Of a stretch of 64,000 bases of DNA, positions 1-14,200 are shown one piece after another. The notes under the pieces were generated by a model. It was not told the DNA's origin. It did no database searches and saw nothing but the letters and a program-made list of their open reading frames with translations. Source of the DNA: Rhynchobatus australiae. Its lineage: Eukaryota. The DNA is taken from the NCBI GenBank assembly GCA_034780895.1, contig JAUZTB010000063.1, forward strand, positions 19,325,015 through 19,389,014, given 5' to 3'. Made by a program: the position numbers and the translations under genes. Position 1 is the first letter of the stretch; every line of letters starts with the position of its first letter.

Positions 1-1865
1 ATCTCCCCTGAACTTTCCTCCACACACCTTAAATGGGTGATGTCTAGTATTGGCTATTGCTACCCTGGAGAAAAGATGCTTGCTGTCCACTGTGTCTGTG
101 CCTCTCATGATCTTGTATACTTTTAAGTCTCCTGTCATCCCCAATTCTCTCAACCTTTCCTCATAAGACATGTTCTCCAACCCAGGTAGCATCCTTGTAA
201 ATCTCCTCTGCACCCTCTCCAACCCTTCCACATCCTTCTTATAATGAGGTGACCAGAACTGAACACATTTGTGGTCTAACCAGAGTCGTATAGAGCTGCA
301 ACATCACCTCTCGGCTCTTGAACTCTCCCCTGGCGAATGAAGGCCAGTATACCATATGCCTTCTTAACCACCCTATCCACTTGTGCGGCAGCTTTGAGGG
401 ATCTATGTACTTGGACCCCAAGATTTCTATTCCTCCACACTGCTAAGAATCCTGCCATTGAATATGTACTCTGCCTTCAAGTTTGTTTTTCCAAAGTGTA
501 TCACTGCACACTCTCTAGATTGAACTCCATCTGCCACTTCTCTGCCTAACTCTGCATCCTGTCTAAATTCTGTTGAAAGTATGACAACCTTCTTCACTAT
601 CTACTACACCACCAAGCTTTGTCATCAGCAAACTTAGCAACCTATCCTTCCACTTCTTCATCTAAGTTATTTATAAAAATCACGAAGAGCAGGGGTCCCA
701 GAACAGATCCCTGCAGAACACCACTAGTCACAGACCTCAAAGTCAAATACTCCCCTTCTACAACCACCCTCTGCCTTCTGTGGGCAAGCCAATTTCAAAT
801 CCACACAGCCAATTTTACATGGATCCCATACCATGTGACTTTCTGAATAAGCCTGCATTGGGGAACCTTGTCAAGTGCCTTACTAAAATCCATATATACC
901 ACACTACCGTCATCAATTTGTTTTGTCACTTCCTCAACAAGAAAAACTCTATCAGGCTCGTGAGGCACAACCAGCCCTTCACAAAGCCATGCTGACTATC
1001 CCTCATAAGATTATGCTTCTCCAAATGCTCTCCAATAGTTTGCTCACTGTAAGACTCACTGGTCTATAATTCCTTTGATTATCCCTTTTACTTTTCTTGA
1101 ACAATGTTTCCCATCCTCCAGTACCACTCCTGTGGCCTGGGAGGACTTAAAGATCATCGTTAATGCTCCAGCAATCTCTTTCCCTCACTTCCCATAGTAA
1201 CCTGGAGTATATCCTGTCCAACCTCAGGGACTTGTCTATCCTAATGCTTTTTAGTAGCTCTAACACTGCTTTCTTAACCTCAGTGTGGTCCAATACATTT
1301 GCCTGTTATATGCTAACCTCCCATTTGTCTAAGTCCTTCTTCCTGGTGAACACTGAATATTCATTTAGGACCTCCCCTACCTCCAGACACATTTTCTCCC
1401 CTTATCCCTGAGCAGACTTGCTCTCATCCTAGTCATCCTCTTGTTCCTCATATAGGTGTAGAATGCCTTAGGTTTTCCTTAATCCTACTTGCCAAGACCT
1501 TCTTATGTTCCCTTCTAGCTCTCCTAAGTCCCTTCTTAAGCTCTGTCTGACTTTTGCTTCCTAAACCTTAATTATGCTTCCTCCTTCCTCATGATAAAAC
1601 CTTCCACCCCTCTTGTTAATCATGGTTCCTTCACCCTACCATCCTTTTCTTGTCTCAGCAGAACAAACCTATCTAGAACCCCATGTAAATAGTCCCAAAT
1701 CAACCTCCACATTTCTGCAGTGCATTTACCAGACAATATCTGTTCCCAGGTTATGCTCCCAACTTCTTGCCTAGTACCATCATAATTTGCTGCCAGATCC
1801 AGCATAGCCTCTTCTCTAGAAGGCCTGTTTACATAACTTCCTGTACACACCTAACAAATTCTGCC
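1..1865 (-). mobile_element. Decayed CR1-type LINE (ORF2 fragments)
   Basis: Frameshifted pieces RNLGVQVHRSLKAAAQVDRVVKKAYGILAFI, MLQLYTTLVRP, YVNRPSREEAMLDL; boundaries approximate. Confidence 0.9.
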
Positions 1866-2510
1866 TTGTGTTTGTTAATGATTAACAAGATAGAATATAT
1901 ATTTAATTGACTTTGTGCATCAAAGGCAAGGAAATATTCATTTATTGTCCTGTGCACACATCTCGTAATACTACACTTCCTTAACTTGGGAACGAAGGCT
2001 TGTGACTGACTCAGGGGAGAAAATGGTCATCAAAAGCCATGATGTGGGCTGTGTAAGAATAGATGCAGTGTGGACTACAACATGTAAATTCAGAATGTAG
2101 AAAGCAATGTTTTATTGTTAGAGTACATTCAATACTGTGATGTTTAACTGGTAACTAAAACAACATTTTATGATTTCTGGAAATCCTGGTAAAGATGTAA
2201 TGCTGGAAATAACAGATCAAGCAACAATTGTAGCAAGAGACATAGTTTGTTTCAAGTCAATGATCTATTGACAGTATAAAGAAAACCTTAAAAATGGACA
2301 AGAAGTTGAGTTTTCTCAGAAGATCTGTTTCTTTGCTATCTTTTTGTTTTAAAGCTTCAAACCCCCAGTATCTAAGCAAATCTGTGACTTGACATCCTTG
2401 GGTAAGTTTAGTGTAATCCTTTTGCATTTATATTCTCTGTCCATATATAAAATGTATGCAGGATTATCAGGTAGTGGTCTACTTTTAATTGATCTTTTCA
2501 AATTTTGCTG

Positions 2511-2549
2511 TTTGATTTATTAATCAGCTATTTGATTTATTAATCAGCT
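2511..2549. repeat. 20-bp tandem duplication
   Basis: tttgatttattaatcagct(a) occurs twice. Confidence 0.9.
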
Positions 2550-4859
2550 GGTCCTGTCTGCCTGCATTTGGTCCATAGAGGACTATGGGCCAACATGGGC
2601 AGATGGGACTAGCTCACTGGGCAATACAGTCGGCATGGACGAGTTGGGCTGAAGGACCTGTTTCCATGCTCTGACTCTTTATTCACCCTTCCAATTAGCA
2701 TTGCGTCTCGTATTTCTACATTAAACTTCATCTGACTTGTTTGTCAGTCTATAGACATTTGTGTCTAACATTTATTTGCACAATTAATAATTTTTGTTTT
2801 GAGTGCATACTTGAAGGAATTGAATACCCAAGTTTCTTCCTTCCTGGTAATACCAACACTAAAGAATACCACCATTTCTATTTCTGCAGTCTGATCAGTA
2901 TTAGTTAATTGCTATTTTCAGTCCTTGAAGTACCTTTCTGTGGTGCTACATCCATTACCTGTATTTTTATGTATATTCATTTTATCAAATGCCTCATTAC
3001 AAAAATAAGTTGTGAATGAAATACTGGATTAGCTCTTTATAGGAAGTTATTTAAAACAAAACAGGTTGGGCCACAGCTAGAATATGGCATCCAATTCCAG
3101 TCACCTTTGTTGGGAAGGATGTAAAGATCCTGGAGAGGTTGAGCAAAGATTCACTTGAATGATTGCAGAGTTGAGGGATGTCACCTGTTTTAAACTGGAG
3201 AAGCTGGAGTGGTTGTTGGACAAAGAAGGCTGAGAGTTTTGCTCAAGGTCTCTTACAAAGACCTAGCAATCTGTATTATGAATCCTCTCTTTCTAATGTT
3301 TATTACTATATTATGTTTCAGTTCAATGGGATTTCTGGTGATAAGCAATTGTGAAGTCTTTATTTTGCTGAGACACAAATTATTCAGAATAATTTTTCAC
3401 ATTCAGTAAGTTAGAAAGGAAAAAGCATTTTTAATACCTTAAACATTCTACAGCCAAATTACATGCTAAATACACTTTTGATTTATTAAACTTTAATTTG
3501 GTTTGCAATTTAAAAATAAATGTTACTTTTATTGTCACACATAAATTTCAGGGAATTTTGCAATGGGATCAGTTTGTTAGAAAAACAGAAAATGCTACAG
3601 ATTTTCAGTGGTTTAACAACATCTGTGGAGAACATTTCTGCCTCAGTAGATGCTGCCTGACCTGAATATCTTGAGCATTTTTATATGCATTTTGTTTTGA
3701 TCTGGGATCAGCTTTATAAGTAGCTTAAGTTCGTAGTAGTTTGTGATTTCCTTGATTCATTTTGGGGAGGTTGTACCACAGCCTGTGTGGTGTACACATT
3801 AAAATCCTGAAGTTGATGTCAGTTTCATTGAATAATAATGGAAAATTGCATTAGTTTTGTTATCATTACCGCAAAAATTGGGTCAAAATTGCAAATTTTC
3901 TAAGTTAATAATTTTGAAAGTTCATAGCCCACAATTTCTGCCACATAATTGGTGTTGTTAGATAAGCCCAGGAAATCCACCTGGCTGCACCTATTTTTCA
4001 TTAGGCACTTTAAAATGAATGAACTGTGAAAAAGATATAAATCAAATAAACAAGGAAATTTAATCTGGGAAATTTTCCAGAAGTGCTTGTGCAGTGATGT
4101 TCAAATCCTGTTGGCTGATAACTTATCAGTTATTAGGTATTGAATACAAATTAGTGCGTCTCTCTCTTGGGTTATCTACCTGATTGCTGTAATTACACAG
4201 ATAGTGATATGGAGTCAAAATCTTGACACCTATATTTTGAAGCTGGTTATTAAATAGAAAAGTTGGAAACGGCTGTGCTAGCAGAAAGGTGCCATTTATA
4301 CAATATAGTTTGAGGAGAGTAAGGTCTTGAGGGAGGGGAGAAAGTTATTAATTTCCTTTGTTTTCAGACTTGCTTACTGATGTTATGAAGTTGTCATCTG
4401 AATAAATACATAGTGCACACTCTGGTACCCATTTTTGTACAATGAAAATTATTCCTGTTTGACTCCAAAAAATCTGCTCTCTGACTATTCAGAAATTCTG
4501 ATGGTGAGCCAGATGCTGAACCAGGTCACTGTGCTCCCTTGACCTTGCTGGGCTCACTTGAAAATGTGAGTTAAACATTGTTTGGATATTAATCAGAATA
4601 ACATCCAGAAGTCCAAAAAATCTGGTGGTACCAAGTCCCAAGAACACCAGATTATTGGAGTTTTTCTTGATACAGAAGCATAAATTTAAAAACAATATGT
4701 TGATGAAAGCGCAATTTCTAGAAACATGACATATTAAATATAGTGCAACTTCATTGAACTACTTGCATCAATTATATTGATAATAACCTGAATAAGATGT
4801 GGAATTACTGATCCTTGGGTAATGACATGAATTGGCCTTCATATTTATCTTAGAATATG

Positions 4860-6500
4860 TAACTGAAGTCGCAGTCAGGGTGCACTTTGGCTCAAGTGAC
4901 CATAATTCTATTAGTTTTAAGATGGTGATGGAAATGGATAGGACAGGCCCACAGGTTAGGGACATAAACTGGAGCAGGGCTAATTTTGAGCAAATCAAGC
5001 AGGATCTAGCAGAGGTCAATTGGGTGAGACTGTATGAAAGGAAAGAAATGAATGGCAACTGGGAGGCTTTTGACAGTGATATCAAGAGTCCATGAGCAGC
5101 ATGTTCCTGTTACAGTAAACCTGACAAGTTTAGCAAACCTTGGATGATGAGAGATATTGAGGTTCTAGTCAAGAAAAAGAAGCGTGCATTGGGTTTGGGA
5201 GATCAAGTGCCTCCTTGGACTTTGTGGGAGGCAAGAGAATAAAATGCAGAGGCCCTTGTGGAGATAATTGCTTCATCGTTAGCTATTGGTAAAGTTCCCA
5301 AAGACTGGAAGGTGCTAATGTTGTTCCATTGTTTAAGAAGGGTAGCAAGAGCAAGCCAGGGAACTAGCCTGACATCAGTAGTGCAGAAGTTACTGGAGGG
5401 AAGTCTGAGGGACAGGATCTACCAGCATTTGGATAGACCAAGTCTGATTAGGAGGAGTTGGCATAGCTTTATGTGTGGAAAGTTGTGCTTGACGAACCTT
5501 TTGGTTTTTTTGAAGAGGTAACCAAAAAGTTGGGTGACGGTAGGGCAGTAGATGTTGTCTGTTTGGACTTTAGCGAGGCCTTCAAGGTCCCGCATGGTAG
5601 GCTGGTCTGGAAGGTTGGGTCCTGTGGAATCCAGGGAGGACTAGTTGGGTGGATTCAAAATTGGCTCGGAGGACAGAAGCAGAGGGTGCTGGTTGAAGAC
5701 TGTTTCATGGAGGCAGGTAACTAGTGGTGTGTCAGACAGGTCAGTGTTGAGACCCTTGTTGTTCATTACTTGTATAAATGATTTGGATGCAAATACAAAA
5801 GGCGTGATCAGCAGGGTTGTTGATGACATGAAGTCGGGAGGTGTTGATGATAGTGAAGAAGGTTGTCGTAGATTATAGGGGATCTTGATCAGTTAGGGAA
5901 GTGGGTCGAGTAGTGGCAAATGGATTTCAATACAGATAAGTGTGAGGTGGTGCATTTTGGAAAGTCAAACCAAGATAGGACTTGTACTATGAATGGTAGG
6001 GCACCAGGGAGTGTCATGGAATGGAGGGACCTAGGAGTACAAGTGCATAGTTCATTGAAAGTGGTATCACAGGTAGACAGTGTAGTGATAAAGGCATTTA
6101 GCATGCTGGCCCTCATTGGTCAGGGCATTGAGTTGGGACGTTACGTTGCAGTTGTAGAAGTCGTTGATGAGGCCACACTTGGAGTGCTGTGTACAGTTTT
6201 GGTCACCCAGTTGTAGGAAAGATGTGGTTAAACTGGAAAATGTGCAGAAAAGATTTGAGGATGTTGCCAGGACTAGAGGGCCTGAGTTACAGTGAAGGGT
6301 TGGCCAGGCTAGGTCTTTATTCCTTGGAACTTAGGAAAATGGGGGGTGACTTTATAGAAGTGTTCAAAATTGAGAGGCATTGATAGGGTGGATGGTAACA
6401 GTCTTTTCCCCAGGGTAGGGGAGTTCGAAACTAGGGGGCTTAGATTTGGGGTGAGAGGGGAAAGATTTAAAAGGACTTGAGGAGCAACTTTTTCACACAT
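4860..6500 (+). mobile_element. Decayed CR1-type LINE with internal deletions
   Basis: HFGSSDHNSISFK, VPKDWK, AVDVVCLDFS.AF.VPHGRL, MDFNTDKCEVVHFGKSN, RDLGVQVHSSLKV. Confidence 0.92.
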
Positions 6501-8139
6501 TAAACTCGACTTCTAAAATTTGTTTCCACTGAAATCAACAAAAATCAAATTTTAGAAGTCATGTTCAATTTGCACATTTAGTAGAAACAAGAAAAGATAA
6601 CAAATTTCAGAGGCAGAAGTTTGTGATATCCTGTTGGCTGCTGTTTCCAACAATAAACGCTCTCTTGCTGTTATGTTCCTTTGAACTTGATTCCTACTGA
6701 AAATGTATAACTAAGCAGTACTATGCAGAACTATCCCTACTTAGTCACTGAATAGTGACACTGGAAATGGTCTCCAAAAAGAAATGTTGAAAGTGAAATG
6801 TAATTTTAGCTTCTATTTTTTGAATCACAGAAGATGTTTGCAATGGACTGTCCTGGTTCGGATCATCATTTGGATTCCCTTTTACTATGTTATTTGGATA
6901 TATAGTGTACTACAAGATTGTCCCCAGCTAACCAAGCATAAGTTGCTTTCTATTTCCTACATGGTCACTATGCCAATTAATATTTCTAACTGTTTTACAC
7001 CATGTTGGATAAATGGCAAAAGAATAAAGGAACACACAGGTTTGATATTTGAGGAGATGGAAGTGACTTAGGTGAACTGTTGGGCATGAGGATTTCACAG
7101 TGCAATGACCAAGAAGCCAAGTTAATCCATCTTATGATGTGTACATATTTTGTTGCAGTATTTTCTCCTCTCACTATTGAAAACATTGGGTCAGACTAGA
7201 CAGAGTTAGTCCTGAAATAAGTACTATTAAGTAAATTTCTTTGTGTGCCCCTTAGCGGTGGATTTTGAAGCATTGTCTATTGCATCTGACTGATCTGTGA
7301 TGGAACCTAATTAAGTTCCTGCATAGTTTGGGGTTTATATATTTCAATATTCCATTTTGTTTTGAAGCATTACACAGAAACTGGAAGAATTTTTTAAGGG
7401 AACTTCTTATTTCTGTCTTTGCTAAATTTATGTTAACACTTCACTAATGGAAAAGACATTTAGTAAAGCTTCATTTAAGTGAATACTAAGAAGATTTGTT
7501 AAGTTGTTTCTTTAAAGAAAAGTTTTAGGACTTAACAATAGAACTTNNNNNNNNNNNNNNNNNNNNNNNNNNNNNNNNNNNNNNNNNNNNNNNNNNNNNN
7601 NNNNNNNNNNNNNNNNNNNNNNNNNNNNNNNNNNNNNNNNNNNNNNNNNNNNNNNNNNNNNNNNNNNNNNNNNNAATGGTGAAATGAAGAGTTGTGTTAA
7701 GGTATAATAAGCATCTTTTCAATTTGTTTGTGAAGCCTCAGACAATAAATACTATTGCTTAGTGCTTTTATACCCAGAACTTTAAAGCCTAAGAATTAGG
7801 AAAAAGTATGTAAAGTATTCCTTGATTTATGGACTTTTGCTACAAGATCATTGACTTGTTGAGGTATGTGCCTTTGATTTGTCAAATTGTGTTTCAGTAT
7901 AACAAATAATGTGCTACTGCCATCCATAGTGTATTTCACTGTTGTTTTTGTAGAAATTGCAGTGCTCTACTTGTTAGTGATTTTCTGCATTCTTCCAGAT
8001 GTCTTCAAAACATCCTGGTAAATATAAAGAAATTAAAGCAAGCCATAATTATTAATACTAAGTGAAGAAGGTGGACATTTGTTTTGACAGTGTTAATAAT
8101 CCTTAATGCTGAAGTGCAGTATATGTTACAGAGGGTACC

Positions 8140-11100
8140 TAGAACATAGAACGTTACAGCACAGTACAAGCCCTTCAGCTCATGATGTTGTGCTGACCTA
8201 CTCTAAGATTGATCTCTCCCTTCCCTCCCACATACCCCTCCATTTTTCTATCATCCTTGTGCCTATCTAAGAATCTCTTGAATGTTCCTAATGCATCTGC
8301 CTCTACCAGCACCCTGGCAGTGTGTACCATGCACCAGCCACTTTTTGTTTTACAAAAAAAGAATTGCCTCTGATATCTTCTCTCTTCTTCTCCNNNNNNN
8401 NNNNNNNNNNNNNNNNNNNNNNNNNNNNNNNNNNNNNNNNNNNNNNNNNNNNNNNNNNNNNNNNNNNNNNNNNNNNNNNNNNNNNNNNNNNNNTATAAAA
8501 AACTTACCACTGATATCCCTCCCGTACTTTCCACCAATCACCTTAAAAATATGCCCCCTCATGTTAGCCATTTCTGCCCTGGGAAAAAGTCCACTCGATC
8601 TATGTCTCTTATCATCTTGTACACCTCTGTGAGCTCACCTCTCATCCTCCTTCGTTTCAAAGAGAAAAGTCCCAGCTCACTCAACCTATCTTCATAAGAC
8701 ATGCTCTCCAATCCAGGCAGCATCCTGGTAAACTTCCTCTGCACCGTCTCTAAAGCTTCCACATCCTTCTACAGTGAGGCAACCAGAACAGAACACAATA
8801 TTCTAAATGTAGTCTAACCAGAGTTTTATAGAGCTGCAACATTACCTTGCGGCTCTTGAACTCAATTCCCTGACTAATGAAGGCCAATACACCAAACGCC
8901 TTCTAAACAACCCTATCAAACTGCACATCATCTGTGAGGGATCTATGGACCTGGACCCCAAGATCCCTCTATTTCTCCACACTGCTGAGTCCTGCCATTA
9001 ACGCTGTATTCTGCCTTCAAGCTGAACCTTCCAAAGTGAATCATTTCACACTTTTCTGGGTTGAACTCCATCTGCCACTTCCCAGCTCAGTTTTGCATCC
9101 TATCAATGTTCCGTTGTAACCCTCGACAACCTTCTACACTATCCACAACACCACCAATGTTGGGGTCATCTGAAAACTTCCTCATCGAAGTCATTTATAA
9201 AAATCACAAAGAGCAGGGGTCCCAGAACAGATCCCTGCAGAATACTACTGGTCACTGACCTCCAGGCAGAATACGCTCCATCTACAATCACCCTCTGCCT
9301 TCTATGGGCAAGTCAATTCCGAATCCACACAGCCAAGTTTCCCTGGATCCCATACCTCCTGAGCTTCTGAATGAGCCTATCATTGGGAACCTTATCAAAT
9401 GCCTTACTAAAGTCCATATACACCACATCTACTGCTCTACCCTCATCAATTTGTTTTGTCATCTCCTCAAAGATTTAAATCAGGCTTGTGAGACATGACT
9501 TACCCCTCACAAAGCCATACTGACCATCCCTAGTCAGACTGTGCTTCTCCAAGTGCTCATAATTCCTGTCCCTAAGAATCTTTTCCAATAATTAAACCAC
9601 CACGGAAGTAAGGTTCACTGGTCTATAATTCCCAGGGTTATCCCTACTCCCTATCTTGAACAAAGGAATAATATTTTCCACCCTCTAATCATCTGGCACC
9701 ACTCCTGTGACCAATGAAGATGCAAGGATCATTGCCAAGGGCTCAGAAATCTCTTCCCTCGCTTCCTGTAGTACCCTGAGGTATATCTCATCCCCGGGGA
9801 CTTATCTATCTTAATGTTTTTCAGAAGGTCCAGCACATCCTCCTTAACATTGACATGTTCCAGCTTATCAGCCTGCTTTACGCTGTCCTCACAAACATCA
9901 AGGTCTCTCTCACAGGTGAATACTGAAGCAAAGTATTCATTAAGGACCACCCCTACCTCCTTCTCTATCCCCAATCGGTTCTACCTTCACTCCAGTCATT
10001 GTCCTGTTCTTCACATATGAGTAGAACGCCTTGGGGTTTTCATTAATCCTACTTGCCAAAGCCTTCTCATGCCCACTTCTAGCTCTCCTAAGTCCATTTT
10101 TCAGCTCCTTCCTGACTTCCTTGTAACTCTCTAGAACCCTGTCTGATCCTTGCTTCCTAAACTTTAAGTAAGCTTCTTTCTTCCTCTTCACCAGAATATT
10201 GCACATCTCTTGCCAACCATGGTTCCTTCACCCTACCATCCTTTTCCTGCCTCAACAGGACAAACCTATCCAGAACCTATGGAGAAGCAAATGATCACTA
10301 AACAACCTCCACATTTCCATTGTGCATTTCCCCCGAGTACATCTGCTCCCAATTTACACTCCCAAGTTCCTGCCTAATAGCAGCATAATTCCTCCTCCCC
10401 CAATTAAATAATTTCACATACCATCTGCTCCTATCCCTCCCTGAGGCAGGGGTAAAGGTCAGGGAGTTGTGTCTCCGAAATGCACACCCACCGAGAGATC
10501 TGACGCCTGACCAGGTTCATTGCCTAGTACCACATCCAGAATGGCCTCTCCTCCAGTCGGCCTGTCTACATATTGTGTCAGGAATCCTTCCTGGACACAC
10601 CTAACAAATTTCACTCCATCCAAACCTTTTTCACTAAGGAGGTGCCAGTCAGTATTAGGGAAGTTGAAATCACCCATGACAACAATCCTGTTATTTTTAC
10701 ACCTTTCTAAAATCTGCCTCCAGATCTGTTCCTCAGTGTCTCCTTTGCTATTGGGGGATCTGTAGAATACTCCCAATACAGTGATTGCTCCCTTCCTGTT
10801 TCTGATTTCCACCCACACTGACTCAGTAGACGATCCCTCCAGGATGTCTTCCCTTTCTGTAGCTGTGATACTATCCCTGTTTAGCAATGCCACTCCTCCA
10901 CCTCTTTTACCTCCCTCCCTGTCCTTTTAGAAACATCTAAACTCTAAACATCTAGAATATCCAGCAGCCATTCCTGCCTTTGTGACAGCCAAGTCTCTGT
11001 AATGGCCACAACATCATAGTTCCACGTACTGACCAATGCTCTAAGTTTATCACCCTTGTTCCTGATACTTCCTGCATTAAAATAGACACACTTCAACCCA

Positions 11101-11305
11101 TCCAATTAACTGTAATTTTGCCCAATTAGATGCCTATCCTTCCTCACAGTCTCTCGACCTGCTGTATCAACTTATACACCAACTGCCCCATCCTCTGACC
11201 TATCATTCAGGTTCCCATCCCTCTGCCAAACCAGTTTAAACCCTCTGCAACAACTCTAGCAGATCTGCCTGCAAGGATATTGGTCCCCCTCCAGTTCAGA
11301 TGTAG
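8140..11305 (-). mobile_element. Long CR1-type LINE copy: end of ORF1 esterase, APE endonuclease, RT and 3' tail
   Basis: ORF 10459-10893 (TESVWVEIRNRKGAITVLGVFYRSPN, VVMGDFNFP) is APE-like. LHLNWRGTNILAGR is the end of an SGNH-type ORF1. RT fragments are present, and the tail reads agaacatagaac on the + strand at about 8141. Confidence 0.93.
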
Positions 11306-11435
11306 AAGAAAACCAGAGGAAACTCTCATGGTCACGGGAGAAGTGTACAAATTCCACACAACACTGGAGACCAAGATCAAATCTGGGCTGCTGGATCTGT
11401 GAAGCAGCCTTTCTATCTGCTGCACCACTTTGCTG
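11306..11435 (-). mobile_element. V-SINE-like (HE1-type) 5' part
   Basis: aaaaccagaggaaactctcatggtcacgggagaagtgtacaaattccacaca resembles the reverse complement of the V-domain, followed by a tRNA-like head. Confidence 0.6.
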
Positions 11436-11914
11436 TCATTCAGATGTCCTCTTGGGCTGGAAGTGAGTAAATATAATCCATTCTGTACCTGACTTTCTTA
11501 AATACATTACATGGGCTATCACCTCTGTTAAATGACACATCAAGACTGCTATGTGAACATGTTAACTTTACACTCATCTTTTATTGCTCTGGACTTACTT
11601 TGTTTTATAAAGCAGCTCCTTCTGTTTCTATTTATTTTCTACTTTGGCCCAAAAAACACTTCTACTGAAATAAATTAATTATCCAATATTCGTGATTGCA
11701 AGACCCAGCCCAATGCTTGGGATAATTTCTCCTACATTTAAACTTCTGTGCCAAGATTTTTGTATATAATGATACGTAAATATTAGGACTTGTGCTACAA
11801 AGGGTCATTTCAATTTACCTTATCCTATCTGGCAGGAACAGGGTACAAATCCAACTGCTTAATCTGTTTCCACTCTGTTCCTAGAGACACAAGGGACTGC
11901 AGATACCCATCCCC

Positions 11915-12570
11915 TGGGTATCCTGTAACTTTTCCCTATAACTCAGGTCCTCAAGTTCCTGCAACATCCTTGTAAATTTTCTCTGCACCCTTTCAAGCTT
12001 ATTGATATCTTTCCTGTAGGTAGGTGACCAGAACTGCNNNNNNNNNNNNNNNNNNNNNNNNNNNNNNNNNNNNNNNNNNNNNNNNNNNNNNNNNNNNNNN
12101 NNNNNNNNNNNNNNNNNNNNNNNNNNNNNNNNNNNNNNNNNNNNNNNNNNNNNNNNNNNNNNNNNNNNNNNNNNNNNNNNNNNNNNNNNNNNNNNNNNNN
12201 NNNNNNNNNNNNNNNNNNNNNNNNNNNNNNNNNNNNNNNNNNNNNNNNNNNNNNNNNNNNNNNNNNNNNNNNNNNNNNNNNNNNNNNNNNNNNNNNNNNN
12301 NNNNNNNNNNNNNNNNNNNNNNNNNNNNNNNNNNNNNNNNNNNNNNNNNNNNNNNNNNNNNNNNNNNNNNNNNNNNNNNNNNNNNNNNNNNNNNNNNNNN
12401 NNNNNNNNNNNNNNNNNNNNNNNNNNNNNNNNNNNNNNNNNNAGAACAGGGGTCCCAGAACAGATCCCTGCAGAACACCACTGGTCACTGACCTCCAGAA
12501 AGAATATACTCCATCTCCAACCACCCTCTGCCTTCTATGGGCAAGCCAATTCTGAATCCATAAGGCCAAG
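11915..12570 (-). mobile_element. CR1 RT fragment spanning an N gap
   Basis: [32 protein letters not shown]. Confidence 0.88.
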
Positions 12571-12869
12571 TATGTAGAATTTCATACGTGATGAGCATTA
12601 AAGATATTTGGCAATTAGCTGCATTAATGTTGTGGAAGCTGCTGTAGGTGGATCTTATTTGCAAATATAATCTTCCTATTTTGTAACTTCCTCTTTCATC
12701 ATTAAATGCAGGTTGTTGTTTGTCTCACTATGGCAAACTTCTCCTTTATGTGCTGTTTTTCTTTTGTACTTCAAAACCCAGATTGAGTATATATTGGGCA
12801 ATGCACAGTATATGGAGAATTCACAAATGTGTTTGCTTCTTTTGAGACTTGAACTAGAATTTGAATACT

Positions 12870-13260
12870 TGACACTTTGTGCTGAATGTCGAGGTAATCC
12901 TTCCCACAATGGTAACACATTCAATTGTGAATTGCAAAGCTATCAGATCGAGATCTGCTCCAGAACCTTGATCTTGTCAGTTCTGCATTGGAGAAAGACG
13001 TACTATAGCATTATTCTTGGAGGTTCTATCTCTGTTAAGACATCAACCAAACCCCCTCGCATCCATTTTCAGTGGACATAATTGATCACTTGGTAACTTT
13101 TAAATAAAGTGTCATTACTATTAGTCATCTCTTTACAGTACCTAGAACAGATGGTCTGGTTAATCATTTTCTTTTTTCAAGAACCTTAATCATTTACAAA
13201 TTTTTCTGTAATGTTTCCTATTTCAGTGGTATTTAATTGGCTTTAAAACTGTGGTTGTGT
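12870..13260 (+). mobile_element. Old Deu-domain SINE (AmnSINE1/SacSINE1-like)
   Basis: ggaggttctatctctgttaagacatcaaccaaacccc...ttcagtggacataattgatc...aacagatggtctggttaatcat resembles the recalled Deu-domain consensus; highly diverged. Confidence 0.45.
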
Positions 13261-13299
13261 TCCCACCCATACAAAGTAGCCAGGGGATATCCAACAATG

Positions 13300-14200
13300 A
13301 CTCCATTTTTGATCTGCTCTGTTACCTCCTGAAATTCCCCAAGGATTTGTTCTTGGGTCCCACTTTTTCCTTGCCTATGTGTTACTCTTTGGTAACATTC
13401 AGTCATGATCAGTTGCCAGATGTTCAGTGATAATGCCCTTTTCTTGTGCTATCTACCAATATCTAAGATGGATCTGATAAAATTGCTTTTTATGGTCTTG
13501 CCATGAGTAAATGTTTTGTCCATGTGATATTTAGTTTGTGCAATTAAATGAGGTGGGAAAATGCAGAAACTAAAGTTATCACCTTCATCTTCCCATAATT
13601 TATTAAAATTATTTGCATTCACAGTCACTATTTTGTGTTTGAATCAGAATTTGCAAAATCAATACCCTATTTTGACACAACATTGAGCTTTCAATCTCAA
13701 TTTTTTTTTCCATTGTCTGGATTTCTATTCCTGTCACCTGCTCAGTACATTATTCTCATCCTTGTTCATTAAGAGTTTGAGGATTTGATGCTATTCTGAC
13801 GAACCTTTGCAGATTGCACCAAATTGCATTCATTTTACCCCCATGCACTTTTTGCTTGGTTACCTGAAGATTCCTGTCTGCCAATCAGTTTCTTTGACTC
13901 TAATCTCTTCTGCATCATCCTTAAACTGATCATTGTCCTAACCATTATTTATCACAAACAATTAAAGTATACCATCTGGCTTTTTATCACTGTGGAACCT
14001 AGCAGAGCTCAAATTGCCTTAGTGTTTCAGTATATTCTGAGATTGTGAAAGGCATGAGATAATGTGTCATCTATGGTCAGCCTTACCACATCTTGATTTC
14101 CTCTCATTAAGCCCCACCTAGTCTCTTCTCCTCGCTTATTATGTTTTAAATACTTCCTTTGAAATCTGTATCTAATCAAGATTTTGTTTATTCTTTTAGC
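13300..14200 (+). mobile_element. Old L2-like LINE RT remnant
   Basis: attccccaaggatttgttcttgggtcccactttttc resembles [13 protein letters not shown], followed by a decayed YADD region. Confidence 0.55.

Noticed and set aside
10459-10893. 144-aa ORF as a host gene
   Set aside because: It is the APE endonuclease of a CR1 copy whose RT is frameshifted; neither a gene nor an active element.
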